NCBI GenBank assembly: GCA_031272265.1
Contig: JAISUD010000027.1
Coordinates: forward strand, 3,041-67,040
Source of the DNA: Endomicrobium sp.
GTDB lineage: Bacteria > Elusimicrobiota > Endomicrobiia > Endomicrobiales > Endomicrobiaceae
Direction: 5' to 3'
Length of the DNA: 64,000 bases
A program made the translations under genes and the position numbers. Under the pieces are notes generated by a model. It was not told where the DNA came from. It ran no database searches and worked only from the letters and a program-made list of their open reading frames with translations. This document shows, in pieces, positions 44,506 to 54,924 of the stretch (the stretch's first letter is position 1; each line of letters starts with the position of its first letter).

Positions 44506-45114
44506 TTAAGAATTAGCTTTTTTGACTCCTATCAAAGCGGAAACGGACTTTTCAGGTTTCATATGATAGAATTTACTTAAAGTGATGCCTATCTGCTCTG
44601 TGCCGATCCAATTTAAAAATTGTTTATTGGCTTCAAGCATCCAATCACCGTATCCGGGTGAGTATCTTTTTGTCAATGCGTTACCGCTTTTTGCTTCGTG
44701 GGTTTTAATTTGCGCGTTTGCGGCGGTTATTATTTCTTCCGCGGCGACAGAACCTGCCGCGTCTAATATTAGAGCATTAAAAGTTTCCTTTTTTTTCAAG
44801 CATTCGTCTATTTTTTTTTCCAGTGCGTCGCCTATGGTTACGACGACTCCGTAGGCTTTAAAGCAGTTTTTTAAAAGCGCCGCTACATTGTCACTTTTGA
44901 TTCTGTATTCGTTTTCAAAGAATATTAAGTCTTCTTTTAGCGTTATATTTCCAAAAGAGATTGCCCATTTAGGCTTAATAAGTTTTTGTGCCAAGTTTAA
45001 ATTTTCTTTTATTGAACAGACGGTTTTTATATCAAGTTTTGTTTTAGTATGTAAATACCCCAATCTTGCAAGCAGTCTGTTATAAGGTATTTCTATGCTT
45101 GAAACGTTTAACAT
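44506..45114 (-). CDS. Stand-alone methionine synthase reactivation (AdoMet) domain
   Basis: LDAAGS, RYSPGYGD, PEKSVSALIG; directly upstream of metH. Confidence 0.85.
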   Translation of the reverse strand: MLNVSSIEIPYNRLLARLGYLHTKTKLDIKTVCSIKENLNLAQKLIKPKWAISFGNITLKEDLIFFENEYRIKSDNVAALLKNCFKAYGVVVTIGDALEKKIDECLKKKETFNALILDAAGSVAAEEIITAANAQIKTHEAKSGNALTKRYSPGYGDWMLEANKQFLNWIGTEQIGITLSKFYHMKPEKSVSALIGVKKANS

Positions 45115-46011
45115 AATTAAATATTCTATCAAAATTATTTTTATAAGTGAAAAAGCTTTTCTGCTTCCTTTATTCTTTGAAAAAGAGGAAACATAGTAGA
45201 AGAGTAAAAATGCTGATAACTTGTTTTTTAATGTTTGGAATTTTAAAGTTATTGGAACTACTGTAAACAGTTCTTATTTTCCAGAATGAACATTATTACT
45301 CAATTTTTCATTGGCACAAAGCTTGTTTCAATTTTTTTGCTAAGTTTTATATATTGTTTTTGACGTCTCTGAGTTTCATTGCCGGTATATTCGGTAGGGC
45401 AGCACTTGCCGGCGCTTTTGCTGCAGCTTTTTCAGTCTACTTTGTATGATTTTTGATTTCAGTTTCTGATTTTAGGTTTCATAAATCGTAAATCGTAGAA
45501 TGTTCGGCTGCAGTCTAACCAAAGAGGTATATTGTCGTTTAGTCTTGATATGCTTAAACAGCTTTTACGATTTCTTTTTACATCTTTGTTTTGTTGATTT
45601 TGTTTTGTATTTTACTCTTATTAGTTCGTCAGTATCAGTATATTTATAATTTACCTATATTGAATAGATAGTCTAGTATTCTCTCTATATAAAGATCGTT
45701 CCTCAGTCTAACTGTATCTAATTAATTTCTGACGAGAGTTGAGAAGATGCCGTTGTGGATTCTATTTTGCATTCATTTTTTCCCTTTAAATGTGTTTTCT
45801 TATTCCAGCGATGTTGAAAAAAATTGAGATATTATTATCGTGTGATTCTATTAATTTAGCGACTCCGTTTATTCCAGTTTATGCGTATTTTGATTGGCAT
45901 TATTCCGTCTAGACATGTTTTCTTTTATCATCTTGTCTGCAGTAAAAATGTCTAATTCTACCGGTGCACTTTTAAATCTGCCATTTTTGTTTTACTATTA
46001 AATACCAACTA

Positions 46012-46853
46012 TTAAGTGCTTTCTAATTGCCTTCTTGCTTGCGATAACATTTGTTGAAACTTCTCAGGCTCTCGTATTGCCATTGTTATTATACGACTTA
46101 TCCCATCATTTGCCCCATCTTTTAGTCCCAAATTATATCCTATATTATGCTGGAGCTTCCATATTTCCAACACTTGTGTTGCTAAATCGTTTGGAGGTAT
46201 ACTTTCTATAGAGTGGGCTATGTTATATTTTTCTGCATTTTTTAATATGCCAGGTATCAGTCCTTGTATAGTTTCTTTTTCATTTTGTAGTTGTTCAAAT
46301 TCAAGTTTTATGATACTATTTATAATTTTGTGCATTTCCTTTACTTGTCTTGCTAAATTTCCTGACTCTAACTCTCCCATGTTGTATAATATTCCTGCTG
46401 TGTTTGCTTCTTGTATTATTAGTTGTGTTTCAGTTTTTTCTTTCTCTATTTTTTCTTTTTCTGCAGATAGTTCGTTGTATTTTTTTTTGGTCCCATTCTG
46501 ATAGTCTTTTTAAATCGTTATTATGTTTCTCTTTTAACTTTACTATTTCTGCATTCTTTGCTGTTTCTTGTTCTTTTAATTCGTTATCATGTTTCTTGTT
46601 CTTTTAACTCGTTATCATGTTTCTGGTTTAATTCTTTTAACTCTGCTATTTCTGCATCCTTTGCTTTAATCCAATTAATAATACATGATGATATAACAAT
46701 TATTCCTATAAGTACTCCCATTCCGATTGTTATTATTTTTGTTTTTGGTTGTTCTAGCTCAGGAGGATCAATGATAATATTGGGCGTAGGCGCGCATCCT
46801 ATTAATTGAAATGAAATTAATGCTATTATTATTTTTTCTTGTTTTTCTTCCAC
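46012..46853 (-). pseudogene. Dispersed array family lipoprotein-TM-coiled-coil gene with two +1 frameshifts
   Basis: IIIALISFQLIGCAPTPNIII; 28-bp duplication at 46562-46617 and T9 at 46480-46488; correcting both joins ORFs 46587-46853 and 46012-46380. Confidence 0.8.
46562..46617. repeat. 28-bp tandem duplication, one mismatch
   Basis: TGTTTCTTGTTCTTTTAA(T/C)TCGTTATCA x2. Confidence 0.9.
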
Positions 46854-47186
46854 GTATTTTTTTGGAACTACCTTTGATAACTCCGTTTATTTGTATTATT
46901 AATTTTCTGCCTGTTTTAGTGCCTTTTTTAATTTTTGTCTTTTCATCTTTTTAGTTTATTTTTAGATTTTTATCAAGGTACTTTGTTGTTTGCTTATTAT
47001 TTTTGCATGTTAATAGCTTTTTAAGAAAAAGAAAAGAGAAAAAAGTTTTATCAAAAAAGGGCCGTTCAATAAAAGATATTATGTGGTTTGCTGGGAGAGC
47101 GTTTTTAAAATCTTTGAAAAATGGCGTTCTAAAGTGCCGTATTTCTTTCATTATTTTTTATAAATTGTTTTAAATCGCCTTTTCAA

Positions 47187-47215
47187 TTGACAGATAAAAG
47201 CGCTTTTTATACAAT
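47187..47215 (+). promoter_or_regulatory. Sigma70 promoter upstream of lptC
   Basis: TTGACA-17 nt-TACAAT. Confidence 0.6.
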
Positions 47216-47500
47216 AAAAATCTCTAAGTGCAAAATATTTTAAGGTAGTATTACCGGACGGCGTAGGCTTTATAGGCAGTTTTTTATAGAATTAAAAAGA
47301 TGTTTTAAAAGATTTTAACAGCTTATATGGATTTATATTAATGAAAATATTTTAAATAGGGATATTTCATAAAGAAAAAAAGTAAATCTAAAAGAAGCGG
47401 AGATAAAATTTTTGGACTTTAAGTATCTTTATTTTCTTTATTCCTCTTAATTGAATGTTTAAAAGAAGGGGGGTATGTGTTTTATAGAGGAGTATAGCGC

Positions 47501-48013
47501 GTGGTTAATGTAATAATAGTAGCGGTATTTTCTGTTTTCACGTTTTTTGGCTGCAGTTCTGGAGAAGATTTTGACGAAGAGACTTCGCCTTATGAATATG
47601 AGCGGCAAAAGGTGGAAAAATTTTCAATAAAGCAGACACGCAAAGGGAAAATTAATATGAAGGTGGAGGGGGAATCTGCCGTTATAAACGGTAAGGAGGT
47701 TGCTAATATACACCGTCCCGTAATGAAATTTTACGAGGAAGGTGATTATGGTTCAACTCTGACCGCTGAAAGCGCCGAAGTAAATATGGAAACGTATGAT
47801 ATTAGATGCGTCGGCAAATGCACTGTACAGAGTGCAAAAAATGAGAGACTGGAAACTACGGATTTAATGTATAATGCTGAAAATAAATTAATTTATAGCT
47901 ATAGTCCAATTGTTTTTGAGAAACCGGGTGAAACGGTGCGTGGTTCTAGTTTTCAGTCGGACGCAAAATTAAATAATGTCATCATCAAAAACCAAAGGAT
48001 TGTACTTGATTAA
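47501..48013 (+). CDS. lptC: LPS export protein LptC-like
   Basis: N-terminal anchor, beta-jellyroll-like sequence, position before lptA/lptB; GAGGAG RBS. Confidence 0.7.
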   Translation: MVNVIIVAVFSVFTFFGCSSGEDFDEETSPYEYERQKVEKFSIKQTRKGKINMKVEGESAVINGKEVANIHRPVMKFYEEGDYGSTLTAESAEVNMETYDIRCVGKCTVQSAKNERLETTDLMYNAENKLIYSYSPIVFEKPGETVRGSSFQSDAKLNNVIIKNQRIVLD

Positions 48014-48740
48014 GTTGAACAAGATATTTATTATTATTTTTTTTATATCCGTGTCCGTGTCTTATTTTGTCACTTCTATCTTGGGAAAGACCGTTATAAC
48101 AGGGGATAAGATGGAAGTAAAAGACAGGGGCGCGGTTGTAGTTTTAGAAGGAAATTCAAAAGTTGTTAAGGATGAGGAGACAATAATGTCTGACAATATG
48201 ATTTACACTAAAAAAGAATCTGCTGTTTCCGCTTCTGGTAATGTCGTTATGTCGTCAAAAACAAAAGACAATGAATTGTTTGACGTTCGCGGAAATTTTG
48301 CAGACTATAACATGAAGAATGGAAGCGGAAAACTCTGGGGAAATATTGTATTAAAATATTTTACCCGTGATTCAGCTAAGCCGATTGTTTTAGGATCACA
48401 GGAACTTTATATTGATAAAAATCAAAAAATTTTTGAAGCTTATGATAGTGTTCAAGTTGTAACGTCTGATGGGAAAGTTTATTCGGATAATGTTATTTTT
48501 TTTCAGGAAAAACGCTGTATAGTTTTTAAGAAAGATAAGAAAAGACCTATTGCTGTTATTTTGCGCGAAGGAGAGAAAGGCGTTTATGAAGCGGACAATA
48601 TATTTTTTTACAATTTTGATAAAAATAAAAAAGTAATTATGAACGGCTCAATTTTAGCGAGAATTAAAATAGAAGATAAAAAAGTGGAAGACAAAGATAA
48701 AAAAACGGAAGATAAAAAAACGAATGATGCTAAGAACTGA
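47976..48740 (+). CDS. LptA/OstA-like protein (true start probably ~48014)
   Basis: Signal peptide, ITGDKME..LEGN..ASGNV OstA-like strands, synteny. Confidence 0.7.
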   Translation: MSSSKTKGLYLIKLNKIFIIIFFISVSVSYFVTSILGKTVITGDKMEVKDRGAVVVLEGNSKVVKDEETIMSDNMIYTKKESAVSASGNVVMSSKTKDNELFDVRGNFADYNMKNGSGKLWGNIVLKYFTRDSAKPIVLGSQELYIDKNQKIFEAYDSVQVVTSDGKVYSDNVIFFQEKRCIVFKKDKKRPIAVILREGEKGVYEADNIFFYNFDKNKKVIMNGSILARIKIEDKKVEDKDKKTEDKKTNDAKN

Positions 48741-49443
48741 AAATTTATATAAAAAGTATAAATACAGGATGGTTGTAGACGGTGTAAGCATAAATGTTAA
48801 GCAAGGTGAGATTGTAGGACTACTTGGTCCTAACGGCGCCGGTAAAACGACGACTTTTTATATGACGGTCGGACTTGTAAAGCCTTACGGCGGCAGCATT
48901 TATGTTGACAATATTGAAATAACAAACTGGCCTATGTACCGAAGAGCTAGAATGGGGATAGGGTATCTTTCACAGGAGCCATCAATATTCAACAAGCTTA
49001 ACGTGGAAGATAATCTTATTTGTATAGCTCAAATGCTTATAACCTCAAAAGTCCAGCAGAAAGAAAAAGTTGAGTTACTACTTGAAGATTTCGGTCTGAC
49101 AAGATTACGCAAACAGTTAAGCGTCACGTTATCCGGCGGAGAAAAAAGAAGACTTGAAATTGCCAGAGCTTTGCTAACGGATCCTAAGTTTCTGCTTTTA
49201 GACGAGCCTTTTATAGGTATTGATCCGATAACAGTTGAAGATATACAAAGAATTGTTAAGAAGTTAAAAGAAAGAGGACTGGGTATTCTTGTGACGGACC
49301 ACAATGTCAGGGAAACTCTTGAAATTATAGACAAAGTGTACATAATTCACGAAGGGAAGGTTTTAATTGAAGGGAACGCGAAGGATATGCTTGAAAATCC
49401 GGAAGCTAAAAAAGTGTACTTAGGCGATAGTTTCAGAATGTAG
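48724..49443 (+). CDS. lptB: LPS export ABC ATPase
   Basis: GPNGAGKTTTFY, LSGGEKRRLEIAR, TDHNVRETL, VYLG. Confidence 0.96.
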   Translation: MMLRTENLYKKYKYRMVVDGVSINVKQGEIVGLLGPNGAGKTTTFYMTVGLVKPYGGSIYVDNIEITNWPMYRRARMGIGYLSQEPSIFNKLNVEDNLICIAQMLITSKVQQKEKVELLLEDFGLTRLRKQLSVTLSGGEKRRLEIARALLTDPKFLLLDEPFIGIDPITVEDIQRIVKKLKERGLGILVTDHNVRETLEIIDKVYIIHEGKVLIEGNAKDMLENPEAKKVYLGDSFRM

Positions 49444-49570
49444 CGATAACCGCTAATGCTATTGTAAAAGCCTGAAAGGCATATAAACGCATATTGCGAG
49501 TTTTAAAATAAATTCTCTATGCTTGTGAAGGTGGGAACGTTTGGTGATTGTTAGTGCAAAGGAGAAATAA

Positions 49571-50130
49571 ATGCAGATTAACATTACGGCAAGACATATG
49601 AAGTTAACTGATTCTATTGACTCTTATGTGCGGGAAAAAATTACGAAAGTCGACAAATTTTACGACGCCGACGAAGCGAGAGCAGATGTCATTTTGTCAG
49701 TTGAAAAAAGTAGGCAGATGACAGAAATAGTTTTTTATGTAGGCAAACTTTCTTTTACCTCAAAATGGTATTCCTATGATTTATATACTTCAATAGACCT
49801 AACTTTAGACAAACTTAAAAAACAACTTAGAAAAAAAAAGAAGTTTTAAAAATTCACAGAAAAGACAATTTGAAAGTTTTAAGAGATAAAAAACGCAGTA
49901 TTGAAGAAATGTTTTCCCGTTTTGATATTGAAAATTCAAAAGAGAAAATTTCGGAAAAAAATAAGGGGTTTTAATTTAGAAATCGGAATAGAAAAAAGTA
50001 ATAATCGGCAGATAAGATAAAATCTTGATTATAAAGTTCATATGTTTAAATATGCTGTGTCTGAAAAAGCGGGCGTTTTTAGTGCAGTGAGAGCGGGGCG
50101 ATAGTTATTTTAAGCTAATTATTAAATATA
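49571..50130 (+). pseudogene. hpf: Ribosome hibernation factor HPF; N-domain intact (49571-49849), C-terminal domain frameshifted
   Basis: MQINITARHMKLT..DLYTSID..KQLRK; slip in the A-run at 49831; downstream remnants KEVLKIHRK and LDYKVHMFK. Confidence 0.75.
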
Positions 50131-50150
50131 AAATGCCAAAGGTGGAGACA

Positions 50151-50609
50151 ATGAAAATTATGGATTTTTTAAATCAAGATTTGATTATTGTTGGTTTAAA
50201 GGCGTCAGATAAAAAATTAGCAATCGTTGAGCTTGTAGAAACTTTGAAGGATAAAAAGAAAGTTAAAAAAACTGACGAAATTATAGACGTCGTTTTAGAA
50301 AGAGAAAAGCTAGGATCTACAGGAATCGGACAGGGCGTCGCTATACCGCACGGGAAAACTGATGTTTTACAAGAACAAATAGGAGTGCTTGGAATTTCGC
50401 GCAAAGGAATAGAATTCAATTCTCTTGACGGCGAGCCTGTTCATATAATTTTTCTTCTAGTTGGACCTGTTGAGGTAACAGGCCAGCATTTAAAAGCGTT
50501 GTCAAGAATCTCAAGACTTTTTAAAGATAAATTTCTAAGACAAGCCATAAAAGACGCTAACACACCGGAAGAAGTCGTAAAAATAATACAAAAAGAGGAT
50601 AATTATTGA
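50151..50609 (+). CDS. ptsN: PTS EIIA (Ntr/fructose family)
   Basis: REKLGSTGIGQGVAIPHG, HLKALSRISR. Confidence 0.9.
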   Translation: MKIMDFLNQDLIIVGLKASDKKLAIVELVETLKDKKKVKKTDEIIDVVLEREKLGSTGIGQGVAIPHGKTDVLQEQIGVLGISRKGIEFNSLDGEPVHIIFLLVGPVEVTGQHLKALSRISRLFKDKFLRQAIKDANTPEEVVKIIQKEDNY

Positions 50610-50615
50610 CGCTTT

Positions 50616-51548
50616 ATGGATGTAAGTACGCTTCTTAGAGAAAAGGGCGAAGATTTTAAACTTGTAATTTTAACGGGACATGGCGGGCTTAGCAAGAAAA
50701 TTACAGTTTCTGACGTTAACAGACCGGGTCTTGGATTTACAGGATTTCTTAAACATTTTCCGTACGAGCGCGTGCAGATTGTCGGAATGAGTGAGTATGT
50801 GTATTTGGAAAATTTAAGTTACGATAATCAGATAGAAATATTAAACAAAATTTTTTCCCGCGAAACTGCTGTGTGTTGTATTTTGACAAGAGGACTTAAA
50901 CCTAACAGTGCAATGACGAAAATATTTTCCGCTTTAGGTGTTCCGCTTTTAAAAACTGAACTAGGCACTTCTTCATTTATGGGAGATATAATTTATTATT
51001 TAGACAGAAAACTTGCTCCGTCAATTAAGCTGCATGGAGTTATGACAAGTGTTTACGGACAGGGCGTTTTGATTACGGGCGAGTCTGCAGTGGGCAAATC
51101 CGAATGTGCTCTTGAGCTGGTGAAAAGAGGACATAAACTTGTTGCTGATGACGTCGTAGTCATAAAAAAATGCTCTGAATGCGCTTTAATTGGAAGCGGG
51201 ATTGAAATTGAAAAACATCTTATAGAAGTAAGAGGTATAGGAATAATAAACGTTAAAAATATTTTCGGCTTAGAGAGTATTCTGGATGAAACCCGCTTAG
51301 AGCTTGTCGTAAAAGTTGAAATATGGAAGTCGGAAAGAGAGTATGAAAGAATAGGAATTGATGAATATTATGCCGAGTTTCTAAACGTAAAAGTTCCCGA
51401 GATTACGATTCCTTTGGGTCCCGGCAGAAATCTTGCCACGCTTGTTGAGACGGCGAGTCTAAATCAAAGACTTAAAAATAAAGGATATTTCACGGCAAAG
51501 GATTTGAATGACAGACTTAAAGAAAAAATGAATAATATGGAAGACTGA
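50616..51548 (+). CDS. hprK: HPr kinase/phosphorylase
   Basis: NRPGL, GESAVGKSECAL, LVADD, EVRGIG, PGRN. Confidence 0.95.
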   Translation: MDVSTLLREKGEDFKLVILTGHGGLSKKITVSDVNRPGLGFTGFLKHFPYERVQIVGMSEYVYLENLSYDNQIEILNKIFSRETAVCCILTRGLKPNSAMTKIFSALGVPLLKTELGTSSFMGDIIYYLDRKLAPSIKLHGVMTSVYGQGVLITGESAVGKSECALELVKRGHKLVADDVVVIKKCSECALIGSGIEIEKHLIEVRGIGIINVKNIFGLESILDETRLELVVKVEIWKSEREYERIGIDEYYAEFLNVKVPEITIPLGPGRNLATLVETASLNQRLKNKGYFTAKDLNDRLKEKMNNMED

Positions 51549-51733
51549 CCCATGATAAAAATCGCAAAGTGTCAGAGCGCGGTTATTAAATAAAGCAGAC
51601 GCCGGTTTTTAAAGTTGAAATAGAGCGGTTTATTGCTGTATTTCGTATAGTTCGTTTATCATATTTCGGAGGAAGTTTTAAATAAAGCTTATCGTATATT
51701 TTAAAGCGAGCTGTCGTTAAAATTGAAACGCGT

Positions 51734-52597
51734 ATGACGAAATTATATATAGTTTTAGGGATGTCAGGCACGGGAAAGAGTCAAGCTCTCAAAATTTTTG
51801 AAGATTTCGGCTTTGTCTGTGTTGACAATATGCCTGTTGAGATAATTTCCGGCTTTGCTGATATATGTCTTGAAAATCCTGACAGATATGAAAACGTGGC
51901 GATAAGCTTAAATTCACGCGAGAAAGAATTTCTTACCTGCTTTAAAGATCTGCTTGCTGTCTTGAAGAAAAAAAAGATAAAATATAGAATTATCCTTTTT
52001 GACGCTTCCGATTCAGTTCTAGTTAAGCGTTATTCTGAGGCCCGTCATCGTCACCCGTTAGGGAAATCGCTGCTCGAGGCAATAAGGCTTGAAAGAAAAG
52101 CTATGGACGGAATCTTTAAGACAGTAGATAAATCAATAGATACTACAAGTCTTAATATAATTGAACTGAAAAAAGTGATTTCAGTACTTATAGGTGTCTG
52201 CCGATGTAGAAAACAGTATTTAAATATTTCTATTCTTTCTTTCGGTTATAAATATGGGATACCGAACGACGCCGACATAGTTTACGACGTGCGTTTTTTA
52301 GCGAATCCTTATTATGTGCCCGAATTGAAATTTAAAACAGGTAAAGATGAAGCTGTTAAGAGGTATATAGAGAAACAGAAAGAATTCAAAGCTTTCTTTA
52401 ATATATTTTCAAAACTTATAGACAGAACTCTTCCTGCCTATATTGAACAGGGCAAAAGTTATCTGACAATAGCGATCGGGTGTACGGGCGGAAAGCACAG
52501 ATCAGTTCTGACGGCTGAGAAACTTGCTGAATTTTTAAAGAATAAAAAATATAAAGTAAAGCTTAATCACAGAGATATTCTATGCTGTAGTGCGTGA
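51734..52597 (+). CDS. rapZ: RNase adapter RapZ/YvcJ
   Basis: GMSGTGKS, CVDN, SFGYKYG, DVRFLANP, GCTGGKHRSV. Confidence 0.95.
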   Translation: MTKLYIVLGMSGTGKSQALKIFEDFGFVCVDNMPVEIISGFADICLENPDRYENVAISLNSREKEFLTCFKDLLAVLKKKKIKYRIILFDASDSVLVKRYSEARHRHPLGKSLLEAIRLERKAMDGIFKTVDKSIDTTSLNIIELKKVISVLIGVCRCRKQYLNISILSFGYKYGIPNDADIVYDVRFLANPYYVPELKFKTGKDEAVKRYIEKQKEFKAFFNIFSKLIDRTLPAYIEQGKSYLTIAIGCTGGKHRSVLTAEKLAEFLKNKKYKVKLNHRDILCCSA

Positions 52598-52667
52598 TAT
52601 TTAATAGTGAAAATTTTTGCATTTCAAAGGTTTATTAAACATGGATTTTTCCAACTCATGTAAAATA

Positions 52668-53615
52668 ATGGAAAATTTGAAGATTGTCGCTCTCGGGGGC
52701 GGAAGTGGATTGTCAACTCTTTTAAGAGGTCTTAAAAAATATAATAAATATATCACCGCCGTAGTAAACGTTGCAGACGACGGAGGAAGTTCCGGAAAGT
52801 TGAGAACTGAGTTGGGCGTTTTGCCGCCGGGAGATATAAGAAATTGTTTAGTTGCTCTTTCTGAAGAGGAAAGTTTGATGTCCAGGCTTTTTCAATATAG
52901 GTTCCCAACAAAAGGAACTTTGGCGGGACATTCATTTGGGAATCTTTTTTTGACAGCCATGTCTTCAATTTCAGGCAGTTTTGACAGCGCTATAGCTAAT
53001 TGCGGTGAAGTTCTTGCTATAAGGGGAAGAGTTTTACCTGTAACTCTTTCTTCAATCGTGATTGAAGCTGAGCTTGAAAGCGGCAAAAAAATAAGAGGCG
53101 AAAGCAAAATTGCAAACGCGGAAGGAAGAATAAAGCGCATATGTTTAATTCCTATCAGTCCACCGGCCGCTCCCAACGTGATTAATGTTTTAAAGAATGC
53201 AGACGTAATAATTTTGGGACCTGGGTCTTTGTATACTTCAGTGATAGTTAATTTTTTAGTTGACGGTGTTATTGACGCGATAAAATCCTCGGGAGCATAT
53301 AAGATTTACGTATGCAATATTATGACGCAGCCCGGCGAAACAAAAAACTATAGGCTTTCGGATCATATAGTGGCGGTACAAGAACACTCTTATAAAGGAA
53401 TTCTTGACTGTGTGATAGCGAATGAAGGGCCGATTCCGGAAGAACTTGCGAAAAGATATGAAAGATACGGAGCTTATCAGGTTGAAAACGACAAAATATG
53501 TGTTAGAACTGTAAAAAAAAGTTTATTTTCGGACGAAATTTATGCAAGGCATAATCCTGATAAACTTGCGGAAGTTTTAGCTGAGATAATATGTTCGCTG
53601 AGATGCTGCGGTTGA
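52668..53615 (+). CDS. YvcK/CofD-like (GlmR) protein
   Basis: GGGSGL, DDGGSSG, PPGDIRN, GHSFGN, GPGSLYTS. Confidence 0.93.
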   Translation: MENLKIVALGGGSGLSTLLRGLKKYNKYITAVVNVADDGGSSGKLRTELGVLPPGDIRNCLVALSEEESLMSRLFQYRFPTKGTLAGHSFGNLFLTAMSSISGSFDSAIANCGEVLAIRGRVLPVTLSSIVIEAELESGKKIRGESKIANAEGRIKRICLIPISPPAAPNVINVLKNADVIILGPGSLYTSVIVNFLVDGVIDAIKSSGAYKIYVCNIMTQPGETKNYRLSDHIVAVQEHSYKGILDCVIANEGPIPEELAKRYERYGAYQVENDKICVRTVKKSLFSDEIYARHNPDKLAEVLAEIICSLRCCG

Positions 53616-53656
53616 GAATAGAAGTTTTGTCGTATTCACGTAGGAGAATCTGAAAT

Positions 53657-54075
53657 ATGGTCAAGATTATTGTTGTTGCTCACGGAGATTTAGCGCAGGA
53701 GCTTGTAAATTCTGTGGAAATTATTATTGGGAGGCAGTCTAATCTCTACGCTGTTAAAAGAAACACCGACGACGGCTTGATACAGATGAGGGAAAGAATA
53801 AATAATCTTTTGAAGAACATAAACGATAACGACGGAAGTCTTATACTTACTGATATAATGGGGGGGACGCCTTGCAATGCGTCAGCTCCTACGTGCGTCT
53901 CTTTTAATACGGAGATTCTTTCTGGTGTTAATCTTCCGATGATATTATCTGCGATACTTTCAAGCAAAAATAGTATGAGTGTTTCGGATTTGGCGGAAAA
54001 AGTTTTGTTTGACGGACAAAAGACATGATAAACGTTAAAAAAATATTGTTTGATAAGATAAATGAGAAAGCGTAA
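53657..54075 (+). CDS. PTS mannose-family EIIA; apparent frameshift near the C-terminus (stop at 54028)
   Basis: IIVVAHG, DIMGGTP, GVNLPM; alternative frame continues MINVKKILFDK to 54075. Confidence 0.8.
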
Positions 54076-54161
54076 GTGCGCGTTTACTGACTTTTTAAAT
54101 GTTGTTGATATTTTACGATTCAATATGATATTCAGAACGATAGTTTTCAAGTAGGAGTAAA

Positions 54162-54680
54162 ATGCCTGTAATTTTAGTAAGAATAGACGATAGATTAATG
54201 CATGGACAGATAGTTGAGGGATGGTTGAAAATAATAGACGTTGACGTTGTATTGATTGCTTCAGACGCGGTGGCTCAAGATGAAACTCAAAAGATACTTA
54301 TGGCTATGACTGTGCCTAACAACGTGAAACTTGTAATAAAAAATCTTGACGAAGCGGCAAACGTGATTATAAGCGGACGGTATAACGAAGAAAAAATAAT
54401 GGTTTTAACAATAAGTCCCTCCGATGTGTTGTATATGCTGGATAACGGGGCTGATTTTAAGTCTGTAAACGTTGGAGGAATGCATTTCACAAATGGTAAA
54501 AGGCAACTTTTATACAATATCTATGTAGACGATTTGGATTTGGAAAATTTATATAAAATACATAGAAAGGGTATTGAGATAGACGGGCGAGTTTTTCCGA
54601 GAGACGAAAAAACGAATATTATGCGCTTAATAGAAAGAGAATATCTAGCGGTGTATAAAAGCGTTGACACAAATAAGTAA
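54162..54680 (+). CDS. PTS mannose-family EIIB
   Basis: RIDDRLMHGQ, VNVGGM. Confidence 0.93.
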   Translation: MPVILVRIDDRLMHGQIVEGWLKIIDVDVVLIASDAVAQDETQKILMAMTVPNNVKLVIKNLDEAANVIISGRYNEEKIMVLTISPSDVLYMLDNGADFKSVNVGGMHFTNGKRQLLYNIYVDDLDLENLYKIHRKGIEIDGRVFPRDEKTNIMRLIEREYLAVYKSVDTNK

Positions 54681-54924
54681 AGTTAGATTTGTTTTGATAA
54701 CTTTCAAATGGATTGTAAATTTTAAATTGATGTTTGAGGAAGCTTGTTAAGTCAGTCTCAAACGGTAGAAATGATTCCTCAAAAATTCTTAGATTTTGTT
54801 CATGAACAAGTCTTTGCTTTTTAATGGGAAATTGAAGATGATTATAAACATCTAAGATTTTAGTGGTATTAGATTTTCTAATCTTTAAAAATATAAGATT
54901 CAAACTTTTGTAAAAATTTAGGTA

